Source: Alphaproteobacteria bacterium | GTDB lineage: Bacteria > Pseudomonadota > Alphaproteobacteria > SP197 | NCBI GenBank assembly: GCA_965228895.1 | Contig: OZ245842.1 | Span: 160,001-224,000 of the forward strand | Direction: 5' to 3' | DNA length: 64,000 nucleotides | Part shown: piece after piece, positions 1 through 8,937 of the stretch | Layout of the letters: each line of letters begins with the position of its first letter | Position numbering within the stretch: the first letter of the stretch is position 1 | Position numbers and translations under genes: made by a program | The notes under the pieces: generated by a model | Seen by the model: the letters and a program-made list of their open reading frames with translations, nothing else | Told to the model about the DNA's origin: nothing | The model's database searches: none

Positions 1-519
1 TTCGGCGGTGCCGTACCCGGCATTGCGCTCCCATCCATAGGCGGGGAACGTCTCGGCCAGTGTCGCCATCAGCCGGTCGCGATGGACCTTGGCGACGATG
101 GAGGCCGCGGCGATCGAGGCGCTCAACCCGTCGCCCTTGATCACCGCCGTGGCGGGTATGGCGAGGTCGGGCAGGCGGTTGCCGTCGACCAGCGCATGGC
201 CGGGGGCCACCGGCAGATCGGCGACCGCGCGCCGCATGGCTTCCATGGCGGCGCCCAGGATGTTCAGCCGGTCGATATCGGCGACGTCGACGACGCCCAG
301 GCCGACCGCCGATGTCTCGCGGATCGCGATGTCCAGGCTCTCGCGCCTTTGCCGCGACAGTTTTTTCGAATCGTTAAGGCCTTCGGGAAGACGGGCAGTG
401 TCCAGGACTACCGCCGCCGCGACGACGGGTCCGGCCCATGGACCGCGCCCGACCTCGTCGACACCGGCGACCACGGGCGCGCCGCACGTGGTTTCAAATT
501 CAAGTGTCGGGCCGGTCAT
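1..519 (-). CDS. rnhB: Ribonuclease HII (3' end runs off the window)
   Basis: Not in the ORF track; hand translation from the ATG at 519 gives MTGPTLEFE...[21 protein letters not shown]...LNDSKKL...LVDGN...[22 protein letters not shown]...[13 protein letters not shown], the RNase HII motifs. Confidence 0.95.
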   Translation of the reverse strand, partial: MTGPTLEFETTCGAPVVAGVDEVGRGPWAGPVVAAAVVLDTARLPEGLNDSKKLSRQRRESLDIAIRETSAVGLGVVDVADIDRLNILGAAMEAMRRAVADLPVAPGHALVDGNRLPDLAIPATAVIKGDGLSASIAAASIVAKVHRDRLMATLAETFPAYGWERNAGYGTAE

Positions 520-1882
520 CGGTAAGAGTGTCTGAACCGTTGGTCTTGTCTTCCTTGGCCGCGTTGTGGTCGGCACGTTTGCGCTCCAGCCGGTTGCGCC
601 TGGTCTTGGCCCAGGCCGCGAAGCGCTGAGCGCGGCCTTTCGCCGTCTGCTCGGCGATCCTGAGCGCGGCGAGCTGGGCCGGGTAGAGCAGCATGACCAG
701 GTCATTCAGGTTGTCTGCGCCGGTCGCGGCGATGCGTTGCAGGCGTCGCGCGCTGTCGAACCAGATCGGGCTGACGACCAGACTGAGCGCGATGACCGCG
801 ATGAACATGCGGTAGCCGTCCGTGTCGATGGCGGCGACGGCAAGGCCGAGCGCGGCCAGCACGAACGTAAACTCGCCGATTTGGCCGAGCACCACGCCGC
901 CCAGCCAGGCGCGCGGCCACGGTTCTCCGAGCGCGCGCATGATGCCGACATTCATCGCCGATTTGCCGATCGTGACGACCAGCAGCAGCAACAGCACCTG
1001 GCCCAGGTTCTGCCAGATGAACTGGAGGTCCAGCAGCATGCCGATCGACAGGAAGAAGGCCATCAAGAGCACGCCCTGAATCGGCAGGGTAACCCGCTGC
1101 ATGGTCTTGCGGTCGGTGCTGTTGCCCAGCAGCAGCCCGGCCAGGAAGGCGCCATAGGCCGTCGACAGGCCGAACAGACCGCTGATCGCCGCCGCCGCGA
1201 AGCAGTAGCCGAGCGCTGCCAGGGTCACCAGATCGGCCTGGCCGTGGGTCAGGTTGCGAAACGGCAGGCGGACCCGGCCGCGTTTGCCCAGGAACCAGAC
1301 AAAAAACGCCAGGAAAGCGACCGCGCCGACCAGTGGAAGCAGGTCCGTAGGCTCGAACTCCTTGCCCGGCGCCAGCGTGGCGATGATCAGCATCATCGGC
1401 ACGATCGCGAGGTCCTGGGCGATCAGGATACCGACCGCGCGCCGGCCGGTCTCGCGACGCAGTTCGCCGACATCGTCCAGCATCTTGATGGCGACGGCGG
1501 TCGACGACAGCGACACGCCGAATCCGATCAGGACGGCGAGCTGCCACGGCCAGCCGAACAGCAAGGCGACGACGGCGACGACGGCAAGGCTGATGACAAT
1601 CTGGGCGGCCGTGCCCATGATGGCGAACTTGAGCACCGCGCGGAACGCCTGGATGCTGAGCTCCATGCCGATGGCGAACAGCAGCAGCAACACACCGAGC
1701 TCGGCCAGGAAGCCGATCTGCTCGCGGTCCTGGACCAGGCCGACGCCACTTGGACCCAGCACCACGCCGGCGACGATGTAACCGACGATGGCCGGTTGGC
1801 GCAGCCAGCCCAGCACCAGGCCGAAACCAAGCGCGACGGCGATAACAAGCGCGATCTCGGTCAGTTCGTGGCCGTGTTCCAT
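500..1882 (-). CDS. CPA2 (Kef-type) cation:proton antiporter without a C-terminal RCK/KTN domain
   Basis: Multi-pass hydrophobic protein with [55 protein letters not shown]; ends in a short basic tail. Overlaps the rnhB start by 20 nt. Confidence 0.9.
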   Translation of the reverse strand: MEHGHELTEIALVIAVALGFGLVLGWLRQPAIVGYIVAGVVLGPSGVGLVQDREQIGFLAELGVLLLLFAIGMELSIQAFRAVLKFAIMGTAAQIVISLAVVAVVALLFGWPWQLAVLIGFGVSLSSTAVAIKMLDDVGELRRETGRRAVGILIAQDLAIVPMMLIIATLAPGKEFEPTDLLPLVGAVAFLAFFVWFLGKRGRVRLPFRNLTHGQADLVTLAALGYCFAAAAISGLFGLSTAYGAFLAGLLLGNSTDRKTMQRVTLPIQGVLLMAFFLSIGMLLDLQFIWQNLGQVLLLLLVVTIGKSAMNVGIMRALGEPWPRAWLGGVVLGQIGEFTFVLAALGLAVAAIDTDGYRMFIAVIALSLVVSPIWFDSARRLQRIAATGADNLNDLVMLLYPAQLAALRIAEQTAKGRAQRFAAWAKTRRNRLERKRADHNAAKEDKTNGSDTLTDDRPDT

Positions 1883-1889
1883 GCTTCCG

Positions 1890-3110
1890 TCAGCGCGCCG
1901 CGTTCATGACTTGATTGCCCAGCTTTTTGACCGCCGCGGCGATCCGTTCGGGATCGTCATCGGCCAGGCACGTCACGCCGAAGATGATCATGCCGGTGCC
2001 CCGGCAGTCGGGATTGCTGTGAATGGCCGGCTCGCCGCGCTCCAACAAAAGCGCGACGTGGTCTGCGTTCGCCTTTTCCTCATCCACAATCAAGTGAACC
2101 GATGGCAGGTTGCCGCGCGCGGGGTCGAGGACGACGCGCGCACTAGCCCAGTCGAGACCGTCGAGCCCGGCGGCCAGACGATCCGCCAGCTCCTGCCAGT
2201 GGGCGGCACGGCCGCCGTCCGCCTCTTCGGCCAGTGCGAGTTCTAGGGCCGTCACCAGGCCGGCGATCTGTTCCTTGCCGACCTTGCACGCGCGACCGAT
2301 ACCGTGGCGGGGCAGGCCGGTGATCCGGTCGAGATCGATCAGGGAAGGTGGCGGCGACCAGGTGTGGCGGTCGACATCCATGTCGAGATGCTGCAGCGCG
2401 GCGCTCATGATGAGGTCGCGCCGGCCGGCCAACATGCCCGAGGCCTGAGGGCCGCCAATCGCCTTGCCGCCGCTGAAGACGACGAGGTCCGCCCCTTCCG
2501 CGATGAAGTGTTTGAGGTTGGAGAGTGGCGGCAGTTGAGCGGCCGCATCGACGATGACCGGCACGCCGTGATCGTGGGCGACCTTTACGACGTCGGCCAG
2601 GCGGGGTTGGCTGTCCGGCGTTACGACGTAATAGACCGCTGCCGTCTTGTCGGTCATCGCCGCCGCGTAGTCCCAGGGTTCGGCATCGCGCACGCCGGCC
2701 CCGGCGAACCTGTCGGGCAGGCCGACTTCGACCAGGCGGGCACCGGCTGCGCGAACCGCGTGGTCGTACATGTTGCGTTGGCTGCGTGCGACGACGACCT
2801 GGTTCTTGAGACCGCGGGTGTCGGGCAGGCGGCCCATGGCGCCGGCGTCGAGCCCGGCGATGGTCGCCGCCGTGGCCAGCAGCAGGCCGGCCGCGGCCCC
2901 GGATGTGACGTAACCGGCCTCGGCGCCGGTCGCCTCGGCGATGATTTTGCCGGCGGCGGCCTGAAGGTCGACGATCTCGACGCAGCGCGTGGAGGCTTCG
3001 GCCATGGCCGCGACGACTTCCGGGCGCATCAACCCGCCGCTCAAACGGGTCGCCGGCCCGTTGGCGTTGATGATGGTCTTGACGCCCAGACGGGCGAACA
3101 CATCGGACAC
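1890..3110 (-). CDS. SelA-like / DgaE-family PLP-dependent enzyme
   Basis: IINANGPATRLSG, VTSGAAAGL, VIVDAAAQ, VVFSGGKAIGGPQASG (PLP lysine), GIGRACKVGKE. At 406 aa it matches the SelA-like subfamily rather than true SelA. Confidence 0.85.
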   Translation of the reverse strand: MSDVFARLGVKTIINANGPATRLSGGLMRPEVVAAMAEASTRCVEIVDLQAAAGKIIAEATGAEAGYVTSGAAAGLLLATAATIAGLDAGAMGRLPDTRGLKNQVVVARSQRNMYDHAVRAAGARLVEVGLPDRFAGAGVRDAEPWDYAAAMTDKTAAVYYVVTPDSQPRLADVVKVAHDHGVPVIVDAAAQLPPLSNLKHFIAEGADLVVFSGGKAIGGPQASGMLAGRRDLIMSAALQHLDMDVDRHTWSPPPSLIDLDRITGLPRHGIGRACKVGKEQIAGLVTALELALAEEADGGRAAHWQELADRLAAGLDGLDWASARVVLDPARGNLPSVHLIVDEEKANADHVALLLERGEPAIHSNPDCRGTGMIIFGVTCLADDDPERIAAAVKKLGNQVMNAAR

Positions 3111-3129
3111 GATAGCTGGCTTCGCCCCC

Positions 3130-4395
3130 TTACCCCGAAAGCACCTTCCGCGCGGCCAACTCCCCGCTGCGCGCGGCCCCGTCCATGTTCGACGTCAGTA
3201 CGTAGTCGCCGCAAAAATGCAGCCCGCCGACAGACGCTTCCAGTGCCGCCTGATGTCGCATGCGACCGGGGCTATAGTGTGGCAGGGCATGGCGCCAACG
3301 TCTGTAGCCGACGCGTGCGATGCGGTCGGATAGCTGGGGAAAACGTTCGACGAGCGCGCGAACGGCGCCGGATTGGACGGTGGCCGGCGGATCGTCCCAT
3401 AGCGGCCGGGCGAAGACGTCGTGGACGTAGGAATGGAAACAGCCGCCTTCGGTATCCATGTCGCCCGGCGTGCGCAGCACGAAACCGTTTGAATTGTAGG
3501 TCTGGTCGGGGCGCGAGGGCACCAGCGGGTAGGGCGGGACAGTCTGCCCGGCGGCCGCAATCGAGATCGGTGTCGCAATGATGCGGCCATAGCGAATGGC
3601 ACTCAGCGCCTCGCGCTTCGTTTCCGGCAGGTTAGCGATCACGTTCAAGGCGACCGCCGCTGGCAAGGCGCAGACGACGTGGCGCGCCGTCGTTTCATAG
3701 ACACCGTCTCTCCTGATACCGGCGATGTGGTAGCCGCCCTGGATGGCGCTCACCGCCAGCACCTCGGTATCGGCGGTGAGCTTTGCGCCGCTGGCTTCAG
3801 CGAGTGCTTGGGTAAAGCGGTTCGTGCCGCCTTTGAAAACGGTGTCGCCGCGGTTGGAGCGTGCGACCGGTTGATCGGTGAAGGCGCTGGTTCGGTTGTC
3901 GCCCCAGATCAACATCAAACCATAGAGCGAGATTTCAATGGTCGAGCCGAAGATCAGCGAACCGCACCAGGTCTCGAAGAAGCTCTTCACGGCCTGCGGC
4001 GCGTCTTCCAGCCATTGGGCGACCGAGACCTGATCGAGTTCGGCGCTGTTGGGCGGCCGCCGACGTTCCTGTTCGTCCTCCAACCGGCCAATCCAGGTCT
4101 CGACGGCCGCCGGGTCATCGCTGGACGACGGATCGAAGGCGCGCAGATCGTTGCTGTGAAAGCCGCTGGGGATGAGCTCCAGACCCAGTTCGTCGGCCAG
4201 TTCGATGATCTTGATCTTGTCGTCACTGACATACTGGGCGGCGTAGTTGGCCCAGGTGCCGTCGTCGAAGGTCTCCGACAGGGTGCGCCCTCCGATATGG
4301 CTATCGGCCTCGATCACCTCGATGTCGAGATCACGCAGGTGATAGGCGGCGGTCAGGCCCGCGAGGCCCGATCCCAGCACAACGACATCACGCAT
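3130..4395 (-). CDS. FAD-dependent oxidoreductase, flavin amine oxidase / protoporphyrinogen oxidase family
   Basis: VVVLGSGLAGLTAA dinucleotide motif, EADSHIGGRT, C-terminal FCGDY...MDGAARSGELAA. Start moved to the ATG at 4395, which has a GGAGGGG RBS. Confidence 0.85.
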   Translation of the reverse strand: MRDVVVLGSGLAGLTAAYHLRDLDIEVIEADSHIGGRTLSETFDDGTWANYAAQYVSDDKIKIIELADELGLELIPSGFHSNDLRAFDPSSSDDPAAVETWIGRLEDEQERRRPPNSAELDQVSVAQWLEDAPQAVKSFFETWCGSLIFGSTIEISLYGLMLIWGDNRTSAFTDQPVARSNRGDTVFKGGTNRFTQALAEASGAKLTADTEVLAVSAIQGGYHIAGIRRDGVYETTARHVVCALPAAVALNVIANLPETKREALSAIRYGRIIATPISIAAAGQTVPPYPLVPSRPDQTYNSNGFVLRTPGDMDTEGGCFHSYVHDVFARPLWDDPPATVQSGAVRALVERFPQLSDRIARVGYRRWRHALPHYSPGRMRHQAALEASVGGLHFCGDYVLTSNMDGAARSGELAARKVLSG

Positions 4396-4493
4396 ACGTT
4401 CCCCTCCCTCGATCGACATATTCCATTCTAGCGATTGGGCCACCCGTGCCGATGGTGCATGTTTGTCGAGGTGAGCGATAGGAGGTCTCAACG

Positions 4494-5441
4494 ATGCCTG
4501 ATCCAATCAAGGTGGATTCCCATGTCCACCTGTTCCGTTCGAAAGAAGAGGGACAGGCCGACAAGGACGGTTACGAGATCTGGGAGTACGGCGAGAAGCC
4601 GCATGTCTGCTTCTCCGAAGCCTTCGGCACCGTCGACGAAGTGATGGCCGACCTGGCCGCAACGGGCATCTCCAAAGCCGTCGTGGTCAATTTGTTCGTC
4701 GGCGCGGCGGCGCGCGATGCCAAGCGGGCGGCACTGCCGGACTCGCTGAGCGGACGCGAGCGCGACCAGGCCTATGATCGTATTGAAGCCGAGCTTGTCG
4801 GCGAGCTCACCGCCTTCAACCAGTGGATCTGCGACGTCTCGCGCGCCCACGGCGAGATCGTCCCGTTTGTCGCCGCGGACATCACCGTTCTGCCCGCTGA
4901 CGCGTGTGCAGCCCATGTTCGCAGCATGGTCACCGAAAACGGCGCACGGGGCGTCAAATTACATGGCGCGTCCCAGGGCTTTTCGATGTCCGACGAACGG
5001 CTCTGGCCGACCTATGCGGTGTGTCAGGAACTGGGCGTCCCCGTCATCGGCCATTCCGGTCCCGACACGGACGGCGCCGGGTTTGCCGAACCGCGAGGCT
5101 TCGCCGGCATGCTGAAGTCGTTTCCCGACCTGACCGTCGTGCTGGCCCATATGGGCGGGGCGACCTGGGATCAGGCGCGCGAGATCGCGGAGACCTACCC
5201 CAATGCCTTCTTCGACTGTTGCGAGATTATCGAGTGGACAGAAGGCACCAACGCGCCGACCGAGGTCGAGCTTGCGCAACTGATCAAGGATGTCGGCCCG
5301 CACCGGGTGACGATGGGGTCGGACTATCCGTGGTACGACCTCGACCACACGGTCGAGCGGGTCATGGAGCTGCCATTGCTGTCGGCCGAGGAGAAAGAGG
5401 GCATCATCGGCGCCAACGCGATGGCGATCCTGAAGCTCTAA
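4494..5441 (+). CDS. Amidohydrolase_2 family metal-dependent hydrolase/decarboxylase
   Basis: VDSHVH, GVKLH, PVIGHSG, VLAHMG, MGSDYPW, GANA motifs; GGAGG RBS. Confidence 0.88.
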   Translation: MPDPIKVDSHVHLFRSKEEGQADKDGYEIWEYGEKPHVCFSEAFGTVDEVMADLAATGISKAVVVNLFVGAAARDAKRAALPDSLSGRERDQAYDRIEAELVGELTAFNQWICDVSRAHGEIVPFVAADITVLPADACAAHVRSMVTENGARGVKLHGASQGFSMSDERLWPTYAVCQELGVPVIGHSGPDTDGAGFAEPRGFAGMLKSFPDLTVVLAHMGGATWDQAREIAETYPNAFFDCCEIIEWTEGTNAPTEVELAQLIKDVGPHRVTMGSDYPWYDLDHTVERVMELPLLSAEEKEGIIGANAMAILKL

Positions 5442-5480
5442 CAGCGAGGCACCCGCCAGCCAGCCATTGATGGAGACGTC

Positions 5481-6206
5481 ATGATAGACCTTAAGGATGA
5501 CCTGATCGGCGACGCCGAGGATCTGGGCGAGGCCGACGAGATGGACGTTATCGACCGGCTGGCGCCGGTATCAGGCCTCACCGTCATCGATGTTGGTTGC
5601 GGAGGCGGACGCATCACGCGCCAACTGGCCGAACGCGGCGCCAACGCCGTGGGCGTCGAGCCCGACCCGATCCAGGCGGAGAAAAACCGGGCGGCCGAAG
5701 CGGTGCCCGGCCTGTCCTTTGTTGAGGCGCCGGGTCAGGCCTTGCCCATCGACGACAATTCCGTCGACGGCGTCTTCTTCAGTTACTCCCTGCACCATGT
5801 GCCCCGCGAACACATGGACGCGGCACTTGCCGAAGCCGCGCGGGTGCTCAAACCCCAGACCGGCTTTCTCTATGCCATGGAGCCCATGTTGGCGGGCGAT
5901 ATGGAGGCGGTTTATCGGTCGTTTCACGACGAATCCAACGCGCGCGCGCTGGCCTATGAGGCGCTGAAGCGAACGGCGGCGCCGCGCTTCGCCGAGGCGC
6001 AAGAATATCGCTACAGCGAGCCCGTCCCCTACGACAGTTTCGCGACCTTCGTCGACGGCGTGGCCGGCACCACCTACGAAGACTTTCCGCGCGAGCGTGT
6101 CGATACGCCCGAGGTTAGGGCGGCGTTCGAGGTCGGGCGGACCGACGACGGCTATGTCTTCACCCAGCACATCCGGATCAATCTCTACCGCGGCCCGCTC
6201 GCCTAG
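5481..6206 (+). CDS. Class I SAM-dependent methyltransferase
   Basis: VIDVGCGGG motif I, LPIDDNSVDGV, SLHHV, AARVLKP. Its TAG stop lies in the CTAG that begins the IS5 relic. Confidence 0.88.
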   Translation: MIDLKDDLIGDAEDLGEADEMDVIDRLAPVSGLTVIDVGCGGGRITRQLAERGANAVGVEPDPIQAEKNRAAEAVPGLSFVEAPGQALPIDDNSVDGVFFSYSLHHVPREHMDAALAEAARVLKPQTGFLYAMEPMLAGDMEAVYRSFHDESNARALAYEALKRTAAPRFAEAQEYRYSEPVPYDSFATFVDGVAGTTYEDFPRERVDTPEVRAAFEVGRTDDGYVFTQHIRINLYRGPLA

Positions 6207-6249
6207 GGTGCGAACTTATGAATTGCGGTTGGCGTCCGATGCGCTGTGA
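6203..6249 (+). mobile_element. Left end of an IS5-family (IS427-like) relic
   Basis: CTAGGGTGCGAACTTATGAA (6203-6222) is an imperfect inverted repeat (15/20) of TTAATGAGCCCGCGCCCTAG (9081-9100); both ends carry CTAG. Confidence 0.65.
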
Positions 6250-6322
6250 CTTCCGCTTCTGGGGAATCTCCAGACATCTTGATTGCGGCTCCGCATGTCT
6301 CAGGTTAGTCAAAAGCGAACAT
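6249..6322. repeat. Pair of degenerate 28-29 bp palindromic units 17 bp apart (left cassette boundary)
   Basis: ACTTCCGCTTCT-GGGGAA-TCTCCAGACAT (6249-6277), 17-nt spacer, ATGTCTCAGGT-TAGTCA-AAAGCGAACAT (6295-6322). Confidence 0.55.
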
Positions 6323-6371
6323 CTACAGCCAAATGACGACATCTGAGCTGTTAGAACTACGGCGTGCTTCG

Positions 6372-7229
6372 CTAACCGGCAAAGGTTCTCGGTTCCGGCC
6401 CAGAAAACGTCGTCCGATACATCTCCCTCCGAAATCCGCGATAGTCGTTGACGGCAAAATGTTGAGTGAACAAGTTGTCCCAAATTACCACCGCGCCGGC
6501 GCTCCAATCGAACCGGCACGAGAATTCCGGACGGGTCGAGTGGTGCTGGATTTGATCAAGCAGAGGTCGGCTTTCCGTTTCGCTCATTCCGTCCAGCCGC
6601 ACCACATAGAGCGGATTGAGAAACAGGGCCTTCCGGCCGGTTATCGGGTTGCGAATAACTGCCGGGTGCTTGCGTTCCTCATCCGCTTGCGGGTCGCCTC
6701 GACGCATTGAGATGGAGGTGCTATTGCGTTCCTCTATCGGTGGCGCCCATCTTACCCCATAGGGCTTGCCGACATGAATTGCATCGCGTCCGCGCAGCAA
6801 GGCCCTTAGCGGCACCGGCAGTGTCTCCCAAGCCATTGTCTGACTGGCCCAAAGGGTGTCTCCGCCGTAGGGCGGCACGTCGACCGCTGACAGAACGGAA
6901 CCGGCGGGCGGGCATTCAAGAAAGGAGAAATCCTGATGCCAGTCGCCGCCGAAAACACCGCCGCCTTCACTGGCTTCCTTCTGTACACGGATCACCTCGG
7001 GCTCATCCTTTACCGGTGAGACATACGGAAGCCGCAGCAAGGGCCCAAAGAGCCTTGTGAGGCGTTTCTGCTCCTCGATCGACAAGAACTGATCTCTGAA
7101 GAACAGCACGTGATATCGCGCCAGGACATTGCGCAATTCCGCGCCGAATTCGCGAGACAAGGTTCCTTTTAGATCGACTCCGGAGACTTCTGCACCAATT
7201 GCGGGCGTGAGTGGGAAACAGTCCAACAT
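6372..7229 (-). CDS. TauD/TfdA family Fe(II)/2-oxoglutarate dioxygenase
   Basis: PLTPAIGAEVSGVDL, VLFFRDQ, DWHQD (HxD), GGDTLWAS, HPAV, WDNLFTQH, R..YRTT. Confidence 0.93.
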   Translation of the reverse strand: MLDCFPLTPAIGAEVSGVDLKGTLSREFGAELRNVLARYHVLFFRDQFLSIEEQKRLTRLFGPLLRLPYVSPVKDEPEVIRVQKEASEGGGVFGGDWHQDFSFLECPPAGSVLSAVDVPPYGGDTLWASQTMAWETLPVPLRALLRGRDAIHVGKPYGVRWAPPIEERNSTSISMRRGDPQADEERKHPAVIRNPITGRKALFLNPLYVVRLDGMSETESRPLLDQIQHHSTRPEFSCRFDWSAGAVVIWDNLFTQHFAVNDYRGFRREMYRTTFSGPEPRTFAG

Positions 7230-7336
7230 TTTCTGTACTCGGCTTAGGGTGCCAATTGGTGACGGTCGGCAGAATCTGAGCAGAAGTTCAATGCTTCAGA
7301 GACTGCCGAACCAAGTCATGTGAGAGCACGTTGGCT

Positions 7337-7786
7337 TCAGTCAGCTTTGGCCGGTTCCTCGGACAATATGAAGTCCCTGGGACCGTGTTGATGGATGAGG
7401 ATCAGACAGTCCTGCGGCCCCTCGCAGCGATCGTCATGGTTCTCGCCACCGGACTGGAACGCATAACCTCCAGGTCCGAGTGGTCTATCGTCGTCCGCAC
7501 CATAGGTATGAACCCAGTTACCTTGTATCGTAACGCCGTGATAGTCGGCAGTATGGCTGTGTCTGGGAGCCGCGTGTCCGGCCTCGATCCTGACGATCAT
7601 CCCGTAATCGCCTTTCGTCCAGTCACCCCACAACAAAGCGAAGTGCAGTCCGGGACCGCCCTGCTGCCAGGCTAAATCTTCAAAAGCGCGGCTCGACCGC
7701 TGTTCGGCGAAAGCGGCGCTTGCCAGCATCACGCCGATGACGCTGGTAACTGCCGCAATGCGATAGACCTTGGAAATCAAGTTCAT
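7337..7786 (-). CDS. Exported cupin protein, DUF4437-like
   Basis: Signal peptide (...LASAAFA-EQ), LLWGD, cupin motifs PRHSHTADYHGVTIQG and LGPGGYAFQSGGENHDDRC. Confidence 0.75.
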   Translation of the reverse strand: MNLISKVYRIAAVTSVIGVMLASAAFAEQRSSRAFEDLAWQQGGPGLHFALLWGDWTKGDYGMIVRIEAGHAAPRHSHTADYHGVTIQGNWVHTYGADDDRPLGPGGYAFQSGGENHDDRCEGPQDCLILIHQHGPRDFILSEEPAKAD

Positions 7787-7912
7787 AGTCTTCTCCTCGA
7801 TGGTTGAGCGGCTGAGACATCAACCGTTCACTCTTGCGAGAAGCGATATGATCTGTTTCTGTGTTATGAAAAACATGTCGTAAAGCACAAGATTTGTGCG
7901 GATTATTCATAG

Positions 7913-8806
7913 ATGAGCGAGCTATCGAACCTGCAGCTTTTCGCTCGGGTGGTGGAGGAGGGAAGCTTCTCGGCAGCCGCCCGCTATCTCGGGGTAACAC
8001 CGTCCTCGGTCTCTCGCCAGATTTCGCAATTGGAGGGCGAACTGGGCGCGCGCCTGTTTCACCGCACGACGCGCAAACAGAGTCTGACCGAGGCGGGCGA
8101 GATCTATTATCGACACGCGCGCGGCATCGTCGCAGACCTCGAAGAGGCCCGACTGGCTGTCAGCCGGCTGTCAGACGTGCCTTCAGGCAATTTGCATCTG
8201 ACCGCGGAGGCAGACTTTGCAGTGGCAGTTCTCGGACCTCTGCTTCCGGAGTTCCTGGAGCGATACCCGGGGGTCCAGCTTCGATTGTCGTTGAGCTCCG
8301 GCATCGTTGATCTTGTCGACAGCGGGATCGATCTCGCCATACGGATCGGTCATCTCGACGATTCCACCCTTATAGCGCGGAAAATAGCCGAGAGCCGTTC
8401 CGTGATCTGCGCGAGCCCAGCGTATCTGGCAGTACGCGGCACGCCCGACCATCCCAGCAAACTGGTAAAGCACAGTTGTCTTTCATTCCGCTCCAGTTCT
8501 GCGAAAAACGTATGGAAGTTCGAGTTGTCCGAGGGTTCGCTGGAAGTTCCAATATCAGGCAGCCTCAGAGCAAACAGTCTGGTCCTGCTGCGAGATAGCG
8601 CCATGGCCGGGCTGGGCATTATCCTCATTCCATCCTGGGTGGTACGCGGTGAACTAAGGGACGGACGTCTGGTGCCCCTGCTTTCAGACTTTCCCCGAGC
8701 GTCAGCGAGCGCTCCCATCAACGCCGTCTATGCGCACAGGCGGCACTTGCCGCCAAAAGTCCGTGCCTTTGTTGACTTCCTCGCTGAGCGCATTGAACCG
8801 CTTTGA
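7913..8806 (+). CDS. LysR-family transcriptional regulator (CrgA/DmlR-like)
   Basis: HTH FARVVEEGSFSAAARYLGVTPSSVSRQISQLEGELGARLFHRTTR; DLAIRIG, CASPAYL, PKVRAFVDFL; divergent from the cupin and TauD genes. Confidence 0.96.
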   Translation: MSELSNLQLFARVVEEGSFSAAARYLGVTPSSVSRQISQLEGELGARLFHRTTRKQSLTEAGEIYYRHARGIVADLEEARLAVSRLSDVPSGNLHLTAEADFAVAVLGPLLPEFLERYPGVQLRLSLSSGIVDLVDSGIDLAIRIGHLDDSTLIARKIAESRSVICASPAYLAVRGTPDHPSKLVKHSCLSFRSSSAKNVWKFELSEGSLEVPISGSLRANSLVLLRDSAMAGLGIILIPSWVVRGELRDGRLVPLLSDFPRASASAPINAVYAHRRHLPPKVRAFVDFLAERIEPL

Positions 8807-8829
8807 AGCCCGCGAGCAGTTGTTGCTCG

Positions 8830-8937
8830 AAGTCGCTTCCGGGTCAAACTGCGACATTGTGCCAACACTCGCCAACGCCTGCTTTAGGGGGGACCTTCCG
8901 ACATAGAATGTCCGGTACTTAGTTGTAAGGCGGTCCT
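8830..8937. repeat. Three degenerate 28-30 bp palindromic units (right cassette boundary)
   Basis: AAGTCGCTTCC-GGGTCA-AACTGCGACAT (8830-8857), 17-nt spacer, ACGCCTGCTTT-AGGGGGG-ACCTTCCGACAT (8875-8904), then ATGTCCGGTAC-TTAGTTG-TAAGGCGGTCCT (8908-8937). Confidence 0.55.

Noticed and set aside
1890-3110. Selenocysteine synthase or selenoprotein system
   Set aside because: The protein is the shorter SelA-like type; no selB, selC, selD or in-frame TGA read-through candidate was seen.
7221-7336. Integron attC site (AGCCAAC...GTTGGAC on the minus strand)
   Set aside because: The R'' match is imperfect, L boxes are not correctly spaced, the GTT overlaps the tauD start and no intI is present.
6249-8937. 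CRISPR-like array or XerC/D dif sites for the palindromic units
   Set aside because: The units are too degenerate, few and short-spaced for CRISPR, no cas genes are present, and they lack the AT-rich dif consensus.
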